DNA from: Octopus bimaculoides
Lineage: Eukaryota
NCBI RefSeq assembly: GCF_001194135.2
Contig: NC_068990.1
Span: forward strand, 86,793,772-86,857,771
Length of the DNA: 64,000 nucleotides
Direction: 5' to 3'
Made by a program: the position numbers and the translations under genes. Each line of letters opens with the position of its first letter. The stretch's first letter is position 1. Positions 12,192 through 23,824 of the stretch are shown piece by piece. Under the pieces are notes generated by a model. The model did not search any database. It worked only from the letters and a program-made list of their open reading frames with translations, and was not told the origin of the DNA.

Positions 12192-13114
12192 GGCAAGTTT
12201 GTGTTTGTGAAATTGTTACTTTAACTCCTCTGAGACTATGCAACAGACCTTGATGAAACTTGACATGTGTGGGGGGGCTTATGCCCATGCAATCACTTAC
12301 GCACTTGGAATTTTTAAAAAATCGATTTTTGATCAGCATCGATTTTTCAAAAATCGTAAAATTTCGACATTTTTCGCACTAGCCTTGGTGACATCAATTT
12401 GACGATAAATGTTTCATGGGTATAAACAGACAGCTTATTAACGGTAGTCTATTTAGCATTTGCTAATTCTTCATTTCAATGCAAATTGTTTTGATTTGCT
12501 AAAACTTATTATTTTAATTGGTTGTTTTAATTCCCCCAGCGTTTCAGGTTTGATTAGGTAAGAGCATGTTATTTCTCATGCAAAATTTAAGTATTTTGCG
12601 CACTAGCCGTCGTGACATCAATTTGAAGAAGTCTGCCCCAAGAGCGTAAAATCGCCATATTACGCACATGACGACGACACGGGTTCGCTACCTGACTCTT
12701 CTCATTTTTTCGTAAAATTAGTCCTATCCATTAATATAGATTTAAAATTTTTGAAAAATGTTGAAATTTGACGAAAAATGTTTCATGGCTATAAATAGAC
12801 ATCTTTTTTCTTAGTTTGGACGGTATATCCCAGATAATTGTGGCCTGGGCGTTGTCATATGTCTTGTTTGGCACATGGTTATACCGTCTTTTTTTTATCA
12901 TTTTTATGACGTAGTGTTGGCATATTCCCCAATTGATATACCTGCTTATTCGGTCTTGTCTGTAGTTATATTGGCGAGGACTAGACAGCCGGAGATGAAA
13001 TGGTCAAATCTCTCATTGTGCTCATTACAAGTTCTGCATTTGGTCCAAAGATTTTTAAGCCATTATTGGCTTTCACTTAGGCTCGCTTCTTCTCTGTCAA
13101 GCCTTTTAGACTAT
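12148..13114 (+). mobile_element. Putative non-autonomous Helitron-like element
   Basis: The 5' part ATAAATGGCAAGTTTGTGTTTGT...TTGTTACT...TTGATGAAACTTG resembles non-autonomous Helitron 5' ends. It has internal subrepeats (GCACTAGCC..TGACATCAATTTGA at about 12377 and 12599) and a 3' GGCT...AGCC hairpin followed by CTAT (deviates from CTRR). Confidence 0.45.
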
Positions 13115-13146
13115 TAACCATGGAATGGTTTTTCTCCTCACTTCTT

Positions 13147-13205
<59 letters not shown>

Positions 13206-13218
13206 TGTATATGTTTGT

Positions 13219-13412
13219 ACCCCCAACATCGCTTGACAACCGATGCTGTTGTGTTAACGTCCCCGTAACTTAGCGGTTCTGCAAAAGAGAACAACAGAAT
13301 AAGTTCTAGGCTTACAAAGAATAAGTCCTGGGGTCGATTTGCACGACTAAAGGAAGTGCTCCAGCATGGCCACAGTCAAATGACTGAAACAAGTAAAAGA
13401 GTAAAGAGTAAA
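13219..13412 (+). mobile_element. SINE family B, 3' half
   Basis: CCCCAACATCGCTTGACAACCGATGCTG...CAGTCAAATGACTGAAACAAGTAAAAGAG matches the 3' halves of the 10.5 kb and 36.4 kb copies. It starts after a (TA)n tract. Confidence 0.9.
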
Positions 13413-13520
13413 CATATTTATTTACATATGTCATATGCATATATACACGTATATCTATACACGTGTGTGCTTCTGTGCATACGCACATTTTGACATGGTA
13501 TGTATATATGTATATATCTA

Positions 13521-13555
<35 letters not shown>

Positions 13556-13808
13556 NNNNNNNNNNTATATATATATATATATATATATATCATACCCTAC
13601 ATGCAACTGACACAACTGAGTATGTAAATGCATATTTATTATGCAAGTAAAAAATTGTAGTCGGCGAGTGTAATATGTTATGCTGAACTCTAATTTCCTA
13701 TTTGTCGTTCATACATAACTCATTGTAATGCTCTGAATACACTCAACAACCTTCACATGTTGAAAACCCGGTGATCGCGATTTCCTTAGCTGTTACGAAG
13801 AGACTCAA

Positions 13809-13993
13809 ATGAATACGTCCAAAATTATTCACCAAAAATACGTAGTAACTTATTATCTTTCCGTATATTTTCTCTGTCCTATAGATACATGGCCATTTCC
13901 GTCGAAATTACTGTCCTTGTGCTTGAATATGTCCAAAATTATTCTCAAAACATACGTGGCTAATTATTCCCTCTCGGTATTCTTTCTCTGTTC

Positions 13994-13995
<2 letters not shown>
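13809..13995 (+). repeat. Diverged two-copy tandem repeat (about 115-bp period)
   Basis: TGAATA(C/T)GTCCAAAATTATTC...ATACGT...TCTCTGT occurs at about 13810 and about 13924. Confidence 0.7.
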
Positions 13996-14060
<65 letters not shown>

Positions 14061-14072
14061 GGACCATAGACA

Positions 14073-14333
14073 ATTTTTCGTAAAATTAGTCCTATCCATT
14101 AATATAGATTTAAAATTTTTGAAAAATGTTGAAATTTGACGAAAAATGTTTCATGGCTATAAATAGACATCTTTTTTCTTAGTTTGAACGGTATATCCCA
14201 GATAATCGTGGCCTGGGCGTTGTCATGTGTCTTGTTTGGCACATGGTTATACCATTTTTTTTGTTCATTTTTATGACGCAGTGTTGGCATATTCCCCAAT
14301 TGATATACCTGCTTCTTCGATCATGTCTGTAGT

Positions 14334-14337
<4 letters not shown>
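14073..14337 (+). repeat. About 265-bp direct duplicate of 12706-12970 (internal part of the Helitron-like element)
   Basis: Near-identical sequence from TTTTTCGTAAAATTAGTCCTATCC to TCTGTAGTTATA, bracketed here by (CTAT)n and (CA)n. Confidence 0.95.
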
Positions 14338-14419
<82 letters not shown>

Positions 14420-14427
14420 TACATACG

Positions 14428-14583
14428 TACGTCGGGAGTGTTCCAGTTTCAGTTCACCAAATCCACTCACAAAGCTTTTTGTTGGCCCAACGCTATAGAA
14501 GAAGACACCTGCCCAAGGTACCACGCAGTGGGACTGAACCCGGAACCATGTGGCTGGAAGCAAACTTCTTAACCCACAGCCAA
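14428..14583 (-). mobile_element. SINE family B, 5' half
   Basis: TGGCTGTGG...CCACATGGTTCCGGGTTCAGTCCCACTGCGTGGTACCTTGGGCAGGTG...GAGTGGATTTGGT, ending at a (TG)n tract. Confidence 0.88.
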
Positions 14584-15523
14584 ATTCATGTCTATTCCAA
14601 ATTCAAGTGAGTTTTTAATTTTTCTTGCGTGTGCATATTATGTGTGGTCCGTGCGAGGTGTTCCTTGAAATAATCAAGTCTGTAGAAAATGAATATGATA
14701 AGACCAATTGGTATTTTGTTTTAAAATTATACCAACTTATCTTACCGCGACCTTTAATTAGAGGCTAAGTTGGTAAGCGTTGATGAAAACTACAGAATGC
14801 ACGATGCTTGCTGCTACTCGATACTATAGCTAAGTCACCTCAAATTCACGGCTTATATTTCTGTAAAGTATCTGTCAAATAAATCATTACGGAACATATG
14901 ATACGCCACCCGTCTTAAGTACAAACAAGATTACATGTTGCTTTGTAATAGGCTATTAGCATGCATGTAAAATAATTGAAAAGATTAATTACGAATTAAA
15001 GAAAGACGACAAATGAATTGTGCTCCAACTAAAGAGAATTTACGGAATATAACATACGTTCAAGTCATAATCTGTTACATAAATGAGGAATTACAACTGT
15101 AATTCTATTGATCTTGGTGTCATATTTTTCTAAAATTCTGGTGAGAAATAGCGATTCTACATCTATCTTATTCATGTGTTACTGACACGTCTCTTGAAAT
15201 CTATGGTGGTACCGATGTATCCTCATTGATTTAAGACATAAAGCGCGACGGTCCACGTTCGTGGCCGTCAGGCACAGGTCAACAGGCTACGATCGTGGCC
15301 CAGATAGACGCATTTAATTTATAGGCGTTTGATGAAATGTCTGTCAAGAGATAGTTCAACTAATGACTTTTCGGATGATGTAAAACTTGCCACCATTATA
15401 TACTAAGAGATATTTTACCTATTTTTTTGCTTTTTATGTATGCATGGTAGTCTCATTTGCATAAAATGTGCTCAGCAGTCCATGCAGTGTAAGTGCAAAT
15501 CCCAGCGCTTTAAGGGACTCGTA

Positions 15524-15851
15524 AGGCAGAAACGCTAGCACGCTGGGCGAAAAGCTTATCGCACTGGGGTCGATGTAATCGACTTAATCTCTTTGTCTGT
15601 CCTTGTTTGTCCCCTCTATGTTTAGCCCCTTGTGGGCAATAAAGAAATCAGAAACGTTAACACGCTGGACGAAATGCTTAGAGGTATTTCGCCCGTCGCT
15701 ACATTCTAAGTTAAAATTCCGCCGAGCTCGACTTTGCCTTTTATCTTTTCGGGGTCGATAAATTAAGTACCAGTTGTGTACTGAGGTCGATCTAATCGAC
15801 TGGCCGCCTCCCACCTAAATTTCGGGCCTTGTACCTAGATTAGAAAAGATT
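15524..15851 (+). mobile_element. tRNA-derived SINE family A, dimeric form with a deletion in the left monomer
   Basis: GGCAGAAACGCTAGCACG...[deletion]...GCACTGGGGTCGATGTAATCGACTTAATC..CAATAAAGAAAT, followed by a second monomer ending TTGTACCTAGATTAGAAAAGATT. Same junction as 34873-35301. Confidence 0.88.
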
Positions 15852-16539
15852 CTGTATGACTTGGGTATGTTGTATCGTAGTTTGTACGGATATTTCTAGC
15901 TGAAGTCAAACTGTTACGCATGTGAAAACTTAGTGGAATGAGAGAGAGAACAAGCCGAGTATTTAAAGAGGACAAACATCAAATCTGACGTCTGACTGAC
16001 AGGAATCTAATGAGTTGTTTATGAATTTTGAAACCAATAACTGTCTTCTTTAATCAGAAAATATCTGTGTAATTAAATATTATATCTCTTTGACTAAAAG
16101 TCACAATTAAAAATATTTATCGAACGTCACGCAGTCAATTCAGAATTTTCAATAGTTTTTTTTTTTTTTCGTTTTCGAATTTCGAAATCTCCAGAAAAAA
16201 AACAAACAGAAGTAAATTCGTAGATATATAACAACGACACGAGGCAAAAATTCATTTCCATCAGAAATGGTTTTAAATGGGTTTAAAGTAATTTTGAATT
16301 TGAAATTATTTAATCGTTTCTTCCTATCAGTGTATGTTTAAGACATGGTAATTTTTTTTTTTTTTTACAGTCTAGCTTGTAATTTAAGATTCATTCAATC
16401 AGATGTCTCAATGCTTTTAGATTTGCTAATAAATACGAGTCTTCACCGTCTATGTTGTTTAAGGTTATATACATAGACAAAATGATTACGTATCCCATCT
16501 GAATTATCAACCTTTAAATAATGTAAAAACATCGACCAA

Positions 16540-17880
16540 CCTGCTAAGATTGTGATAATTTTAAAATTACATGACAACGCCGACCGACAAGCGATTGCTT
16601 AACAACAACACGTCATCAGATTTGCATAGCGTGTTCAAGACGTTTAAGTGGCCAGGTGATAGAAAAGAAGCCTTCATTGTATTTCACAGTGGGGACCTCA
16701 AAAACATTATGTTACACACTGATGATTTGTTCTTAACTTTAAAGGGTTTTCTTTAAAGAATAATTTGCTCCAACACAGTTTCCGTGCGAGGATCTTTCAC
16801 AGGAAGAATCACTTTCTCTCCCAATTTCTTCCAATATCGGTTCAAATCCAAAAAGATGTACTAGTTATTGATGAAAAAGCAGTTACAGATGGAGTTTTGT
16901 CAAGTACTTGATCCAAACCAGAATAAAATGACTGTGTAATTCTTTTCGCATAAGGAAGTTTTGGTGAACGTGTAATGGATTTGGAGCTGTCAATATACAA
17001 GTAATAACATCCAACCTCTTCCTTAAACGAAAAACTCTTGCTTGATGAAAATGTAACAGCGAATTACTATAGAAAGAGAAATTTTCATTTAGCATTTTAT
17101 TTCCATATGGATGGTCGTTTCTGTTAATGCCAATGATGTTAATGGATTTTCGCGAGTTTATCTGAAAGGCATGATGTTAGTGAATGCCAACTATTCATAG
17201 GTTCATCAATACAAAGCTTAAATACAGTTTTATTGCACAATGGAAATTGAAAAGCATGTATCCTGTTCGCTTATTTAGTGCATTTAAAAGTATTTTGTGT
17301 TAACATAGAGATTTTTATGCAATTCAATGCAACAATCCCCAACCGGATCTTTGTGGAGATTTTAAAGTAAATGTTAGATTAATGGAGAAGGTTTTTATGT
17401 CTATTGGGAAGTTATGCTATTACAGAACATTGTAACAGAAAGGTATGGCCAACCATGTTTTCATATATAACTGGAAGAAATAAAATTCAATCAGTTCTTT
17501 CAGTAGATCCGAAGAAATAGTTTTAACATTTCTCTATGTTGAGTTTGATTTAATGAAGGTATTTGTTCAGACCACGAGTAAAAAGATTCGAAAGTATTTC
17601 AGTTTCTCTCATAAATGCCTTCGTCATTAAGTGTTGCAAAAAGTAGAGGCGATTTTTTTTTATAGAAAGTCAAGTGCAAGATGTTTTAAAAGATAAAGCC
17701 GTTGATAAAATAATGATAGGAACTGAAAGCTTGACATGCTAAGAGATGGGTGTATTCTAACATCTTAGAATTTATTGGAATATATCTTTTGGAAATGGAG
17801 TTGAAAGTCTGATTGAGGCTTTCAAAAATATGGGTTGTTGCATGTAACGTGAAATATATTTATCAAGGATACTTAAAAGA
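16540..17880 (+). mobile_element. Degenerate Chapaev3-type (CMC superfamily) DNA transposase
   Basis: Collinear plus-strand motifs: WPGDRKEAF..QWGPQKH; DLELS...LLLDENV...RKRN...FYFHMDG; LFIGSSIQSLNTVLLHNGN..LVHLK; LCGDFKV; GRNKIQSVLSVDPKK..LYVEFDLMKVFVQ; VESLIEAFKNMGCCM. These match, in order, the Chapaev3 motifs as recalled (LFIDSSxxSLKAVLLHNGN, GDFKM, VDPxKVLxPPLHIKLGLMKQFV, MGCRMS). Many stops and frameshifts. Confidence 0.82.
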
Positions 17881-18364
17881 AAAAAACTTCTCTGAAGAAG
17901 AATGACAGAGGAAGAAGAATGACAGAAGGAAAAAGAATGACAGAGAAGTGCGACAGAAGGACGCGGAAGGGCGAAGAACAAGAACTGTAGAACTAGTATC
18001 AGAGAATCTGGATCAGTTAGAAACCCCAGTTGGAGGCGCTAAAACTTCTTCTTTTTGTGTGCGATGTATTACACACTCCCAACATCAAGAAATCTGTTCA
18101 ACTGGAGCGGTAAGAATGACCGGTTGAGCAGGTTCAGTTGGAAAGGACACACCTTGATGTGCATTTTATCAGGGTGTAAAAAAGCACTCACCCTAGCGAG
18201 ATAAGAATGTCCTGATGTAAATATGTGTATGGCAAGTGCCTCCGATCAACCCAAGCCTTCTGATGAATTTGGGAATACAGAAATTGAGTAAAAGCTTGTT
18301 GAGAGTGTGATGGGAAAATAGTTTCATTTTTGACAGTTAAAGCTCCAATCTGGTCTCACAATAT

Positions 18365-18435
18365 TTAAGTGTGTGTGTGTGTGTAAGTATATATGTACGT
18401 ACATATGTACTTACGTACGTACGTACGTATGTATG

Positions 18436-18467
<32 letters not shown>

Positions 18468-18565
18468 CATGCATGCATGCATGTATGTATGTATGTATGT
18501 ATGCATGTATGCATGCATGTATGTATGTATGTATGTATGTATGTATGTATGTATGTATGTATGTA
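18365..18565 (+). repeat. (TATG)n/(TGCA)n compound microsatellite
   Basis: Directly visible; it explains the overlapping M/Y/V/C ORFs. Confidence 0.95.
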
Positions 18566-20065
18566 CGGGCCTCATCTGCGTACCTAAAAATAAGATGAAA
18601 TTCTCAGTATCTAAAATGTAAAAGGTTATGATAAAAAAAAGGCTGAAAGCAGATTCGGGACCAACATAAAAATTACTTAAGAAAGTGCGTTTGCAATTTG
18701 TGGTGAGAACAAAAATGTTCAGTTTTGGATACTTGTAGTTATTTCTTTTCTTCAAATTTGCAAAAGGCTTGTTTCTTCTGCTTTTGTTGGCGAGAGAATA
18801 ATATAACGGTAATTAGATATCATGTGGTTTGTGAATACGTATTAAAATAGAACAGAATTTAGACAGAATACATGAGATCTTAATTTACATGCATTACGGA
18901 CGGTTTCATAAATCTGTTCGAGCATATACGTAGGTGTTTTCGTATTTGCAAAGTCAGTTGGATGATGTGAATAGAAAACGCTTTCAAGTTACTTGTAGAA
19001 AAGAGGGAACATATGTGTTTTTAAAGTTGTAGACATTACTCTGTCAAGACAATTGTATATTAGACTTAACTGCTAGCAAAGGAAAATAAAATTAGAGAGT
19101 ATAACCATGTATTCGTACAGTTGGTTGCAACAACAGTTAGAAAATCGGTTTATTTTCTCTTAAATAACCAAATCATGATTCAACGATGGCTAACAAATTG
19201 GTGAAATTTCATGATTTTTTTCCGAATAACACGTATTTCGGTTTAACACTATTTCATGGTCTTTTTATTGAACTTTACTCTGTTGCGAACATTCAGATTG
19301 TAGTTTTGCTCTGATGATAACTTTCTATGTTTTTCCCAGTCTCGGAAATCTGAATTAAAAAATGGATTATGTGTTGTGAACGTCATCCTCTGACTAAGCT
19401 GCAAAAAAGCAATCTGGTTATCAATTAAATTCACTGCAACCTTCGTTCTTAGGCCTTGTTAGATATCACAGCCTACAGCCTTTAATACATCTTAGATACC
19501 ACAATACCATCAAACAACCAACAGTAATATACTTGAAGTCGATTTAATTTACTGAAAACCGCTCCCTTTTCATATACACAACCTGGTACTTATACCAGCA
19601 AACACATTCTTCGTCTCAAAATATTCAGAGTTCCACCCATACTATGAATCGTTATGTTTGCTTAATATTCTCTTAGCTGATGATTTACAACAAAGTCTAG
19701 TTTCACATTTATTTTCAACACTTCAATCTTTCATGATGTGTTAAGTGTGAAACAGAAACGCTATCTTTATGAATGTTTGTCATGTAACTGAATCAACGAT
19801 GTTATTCAAACCTCAGCACTGATATATTCGGATCACTGCAGTTGACCGGTGTATAGTATCATATTACGAATGATCAATCTATTGACAACTTAATAAATGA
19901 ACTAACTGAAAGACCATCATCTCACAAATGTCAATAGCTAAATTTGACTTTGCCTCATAAAAACAGACAACAACGAGAAAATTATTCTTAAAACGTAACT
20001 TCAACAAACTCAACAACATTTTTCTCCATCAATCTCTCTCTCTCTCTCTCTCTCCCCTCTCTCTC

Positions 20066-20107
<42 letters not shown>

Positions 20108-22645
20108 TCTCTCTGTATATGTGTATGAGACTAACCTGGAAACTTTGCTGTTTCAAAGAAACCAAAATATTTCTCATGAAAATATGAAAAAATAACTTGA
20201 CAAAATAAAGAAAAATGAGAAAGATAGCCGTATTTACAACGCAACGTATTTTTAAAACATGACCAATCTCTCTGTCTCTTGTTCTCTCTCTCTCCGTGTC
20301 TCTTGTATCTTTATCTATTTACCTATCAATATGACCGTGTACCCTTTTACTCAAATATTCAAAACATTTTTCATATCAAAATCTACTTAAGGTGTAAATC
20401 GAAACTTTGAACTAGATGGATCCCGTTCCACCAGACGAAACTCACTCTTTCAGTCAGAGTATTTATACATTACTCAATCTCTAGGTTGATCATCTTATTA
20501 ATTAATCATCGTATTAATTAATTAATTAGTTCTGCACAAAAATTTATATATCTGATCTTACTTTAAAACAATTAAAGGACAGTAACTTTTGTTGTCTCCT
20601 GTTTTTGACGAAATAATTTGATTAATATTACTCGTAGATTCAGATTTCGTAAAAACTTACTGCGAAAATAGATATCTTAAATTAACTTTTTATATTCCTT
20701 GACTTAATTATATTGACATTAACTTAACCATTGCTTTTGTTTCAGACGAATGAACCCCTAGTGTTATAGAATATTTAAGTAAATTATATTGATTTAATCT
20801 CCCCATGTGAGATGTTGTTGATCAACGTCGTCATTCATTTATTAATTAGATAAGAGTAATTTAAATGAAGGTACCTGGTTTAATTTTATGCGTTGTTAAA
20901 ATCACACAGACATCCTCACTCAAATTCTGCTTGTACCAATCAATAAATTATCGAGTGGTGCATCTATTGTAATAGGTGTACGATGGTAAATCAGTAATAC
21001 ACGACACGACGTGTGTATCAATCTCTTCTGCGTACAAGCCAACAGCGGAAGTGTGTTATGCAGTGACACCACCTGCCAGAGAAAGAAAGAAAGAGAGAGC
21101 ACCAAGCTTTTCTTACTCTCACTATACAGTCTTAAGAAAGGGAAGGTGTTACATACATCACACAATGTAGTATGGATACCGTTAAAATAAGGGAATGTTC
21201 GTGGCTCGCGTGCTTTTGATATTGAGTCTGTTTGATTCGGACTAAAACAGGAGATATAGAGCACCAGCAACATCAACAAAGTAAATAGAAAATCAACAAT
21301 AACAACACTCCTTTAAGTATGATTCGAATCCTGTTTATTTCTGATTATTAATTAATGCTATAAACCATATTAATTAATAGTTATTAATTATAAGAATAGT
21401 TTTGTTTTTCAGACTTCTCAAATGCATAAACAAGTTTTGAAAATGAATAATTTTTAAAATATATTTATGTTATTTTATATTATATTACTTAGAAATATTT
21501 CTGTGTGTATATATGTATCCTCTCTTCATTAGATCTCTTCGACATGGGAAATAGAATCTTCCAACATTTACTTGTTTATTAAATATACGCCTATTTTCAC
21601 CAAATCTACACAGCCTCGGTTTACTTTAAATGCAACATTCTAAATAGTTCTATTGTAACGCACATATACGTTTTTCTCTCTTGCTAATAGGCGTACGATG
21701 GTAAATCAGTAAGTAATACATGATTCTGTCCGTATAGCCAGTATCATGATCATAGTCATGGCTACCACCACCACCACCACCACCACCGTCGTTACAGTCA
21801 TTCTAATTGTTGTTTAATCACAGATCAGCCGTGATCGCGCAGGCCTAGTATTTAAGCGGTGTCCAGTCGTGACAGTTTCGTATTTTTGTTTATCAGGAAG
21901 ACATTACATTGTCCAATGTATCCTTATTTCACTTACCAATAGCGTATGTTCAGAGACATTTGGCTACTACACCTTGTAGAGCAGTGGTTCCAAGACTTTT
22001 CCGGGCTGCCGGAAGACAGTCTTCGTTGGAATGTCTATGAGCACAAGGCTAATAAGTATTGACTGGGTAATGGTTAAAGAACAGTAACATGAACAAAAGA
22101 CGTACTGGTTAATATAGTCTTAGATACACTCTGTGAGAAAACTAAGTGCCGAATTGAAGACCATTGACCATAACCGTGTTTAAACAACAAAAACAACGAC
22201 GACGACGGCAACAACAACTAGAAGTGGGTATTGTGAAGAATACAACATTTAAAGAGTTAACACATAAACAATTTTATCTAATTAAAAAAATAACCATTTT
22301 TTTTTACTCCAAATTCTTTAATACTTGTGTTTGAATTACTTGTATAAGAGATCGGCATTGATCTAAGAAATTGCTTTATTACTTCTGCATTAATTCTGCG
22401 AATATTGTTGATGATAGCTTTAGTAGAACCAGTTTGATTATTTATAGGTAAAATGTTCTTGTTAATTGCTTCCAATATATGTAATCGCTTAGGTTTTATA
22501 TTGCGCCAGCTATATAAAATTGTCAGGTCATATTGACGCATGAACTGTTTTGCTTTTTATAAAACGTTGACAATGTCGACACGAATGGAAAGGTCGGATT
22601 TAATATTTATAGTACACAGTCAAATTTAATTAAAAATAAAACTGA

Positions 22646-22647
<2 letters not shown>

Positions 22648-22717
<70 letters not shown>
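22648..22717 (+). repeat. (TAG)n microsatellite
   Basis: Directly visible. Confidence 0.95.
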
Positions 22718-22718
<1 letters not shown>

Positions 22719-23824
22719 CTTGTTTATTAGCCACAAGAACTGGAAGATATTTATCTGGTCCTTTGAAGACCAATAGTACTCGACCCCGCTTCTCCTGCAA
22801 CGGTGTTTGTATCTATGTGTGAGAACAAATGCCATTGTTATTAATGGTGTTATCGTTGATAATAGTGATCATGTCAATAGTGATGATGATAATGATGATA
22901 ATGATGATGATGATGATGATGATGATGATATAGTTACTTTTGTTGCGGATCGAGTCCTCAGAATCCCAGACTAGGCAGCTTGCGTTTCATGAAAACACAA
23001 CATTTTCCCTTTCCAATTCAAGCATGCACGCATGCAAATCAGTCATGTTGGTAATTTCTGCTTCGTGTTCGTAGCATTTTTCTGTTCATACCATTATGAA
23101 TGAAATCAGATCAAAACAATTTTCAAAATATTCGATAAAATAATTTGCTGCAAAAGTTAATTAAACTAGCTTTACGTGACACAATCTTGTAGCCAAAGAA
23201 AGCAAAACTAAAGCACATCCGTTCAAACCGTTTCCAAACAACAATAATAATCTGTCATTGTTGCCACTAGAATCTTTCGTTTCATGAAATACATAGGGCT
23301 TACAAAAATTGTGTGGATGAACAAGTACTTATGACAAAATGGGTCGGGTGTTAAAGCCATTATACAGTGCATAAAATATTGGTTGATAATTATATAAAAC
23401 TGGATATAAATTAAAAACATAGATAATTATATAAAATACAATAATTAAAGACATATACTATTAATAAAGACAAAAATAACTTTTAGGGTAACTCATCCGC
23501 GCAGGGATTCAAGTCCGGGCGAGAGCACTTCATGATTTCCCCCGCCAGCCAATTAGACTTGAATTGCCCGGACGAGTTGTCGGCATTTCGGGTACATATA
23601 TTTTGATGTTCTTCATCAGAAATCTGTCCTTTCAGTTTTCTGTACTTTACCATAAATCTATTCAAAACCAACTTATTCTCATTTCATTTCCCTTCAGTAT
23701 TTTGATTTGGATATTTGTGAAACAATTTTGTATAAATTTGATGATTTTCGCCTGTCACTACGCCCACGGGAATATGGTGTAGAGAGAAAAAAAAACGCCC
23801 ACGGGCATATGGCATAGAAAAATA

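Noticed and set aside
16565-16760. LHDNA... read as a mariner DDD motif
   Set aside because: The surrounding 1.3 kb is collinear with Chapaev3 transposase; the match is coincidental.
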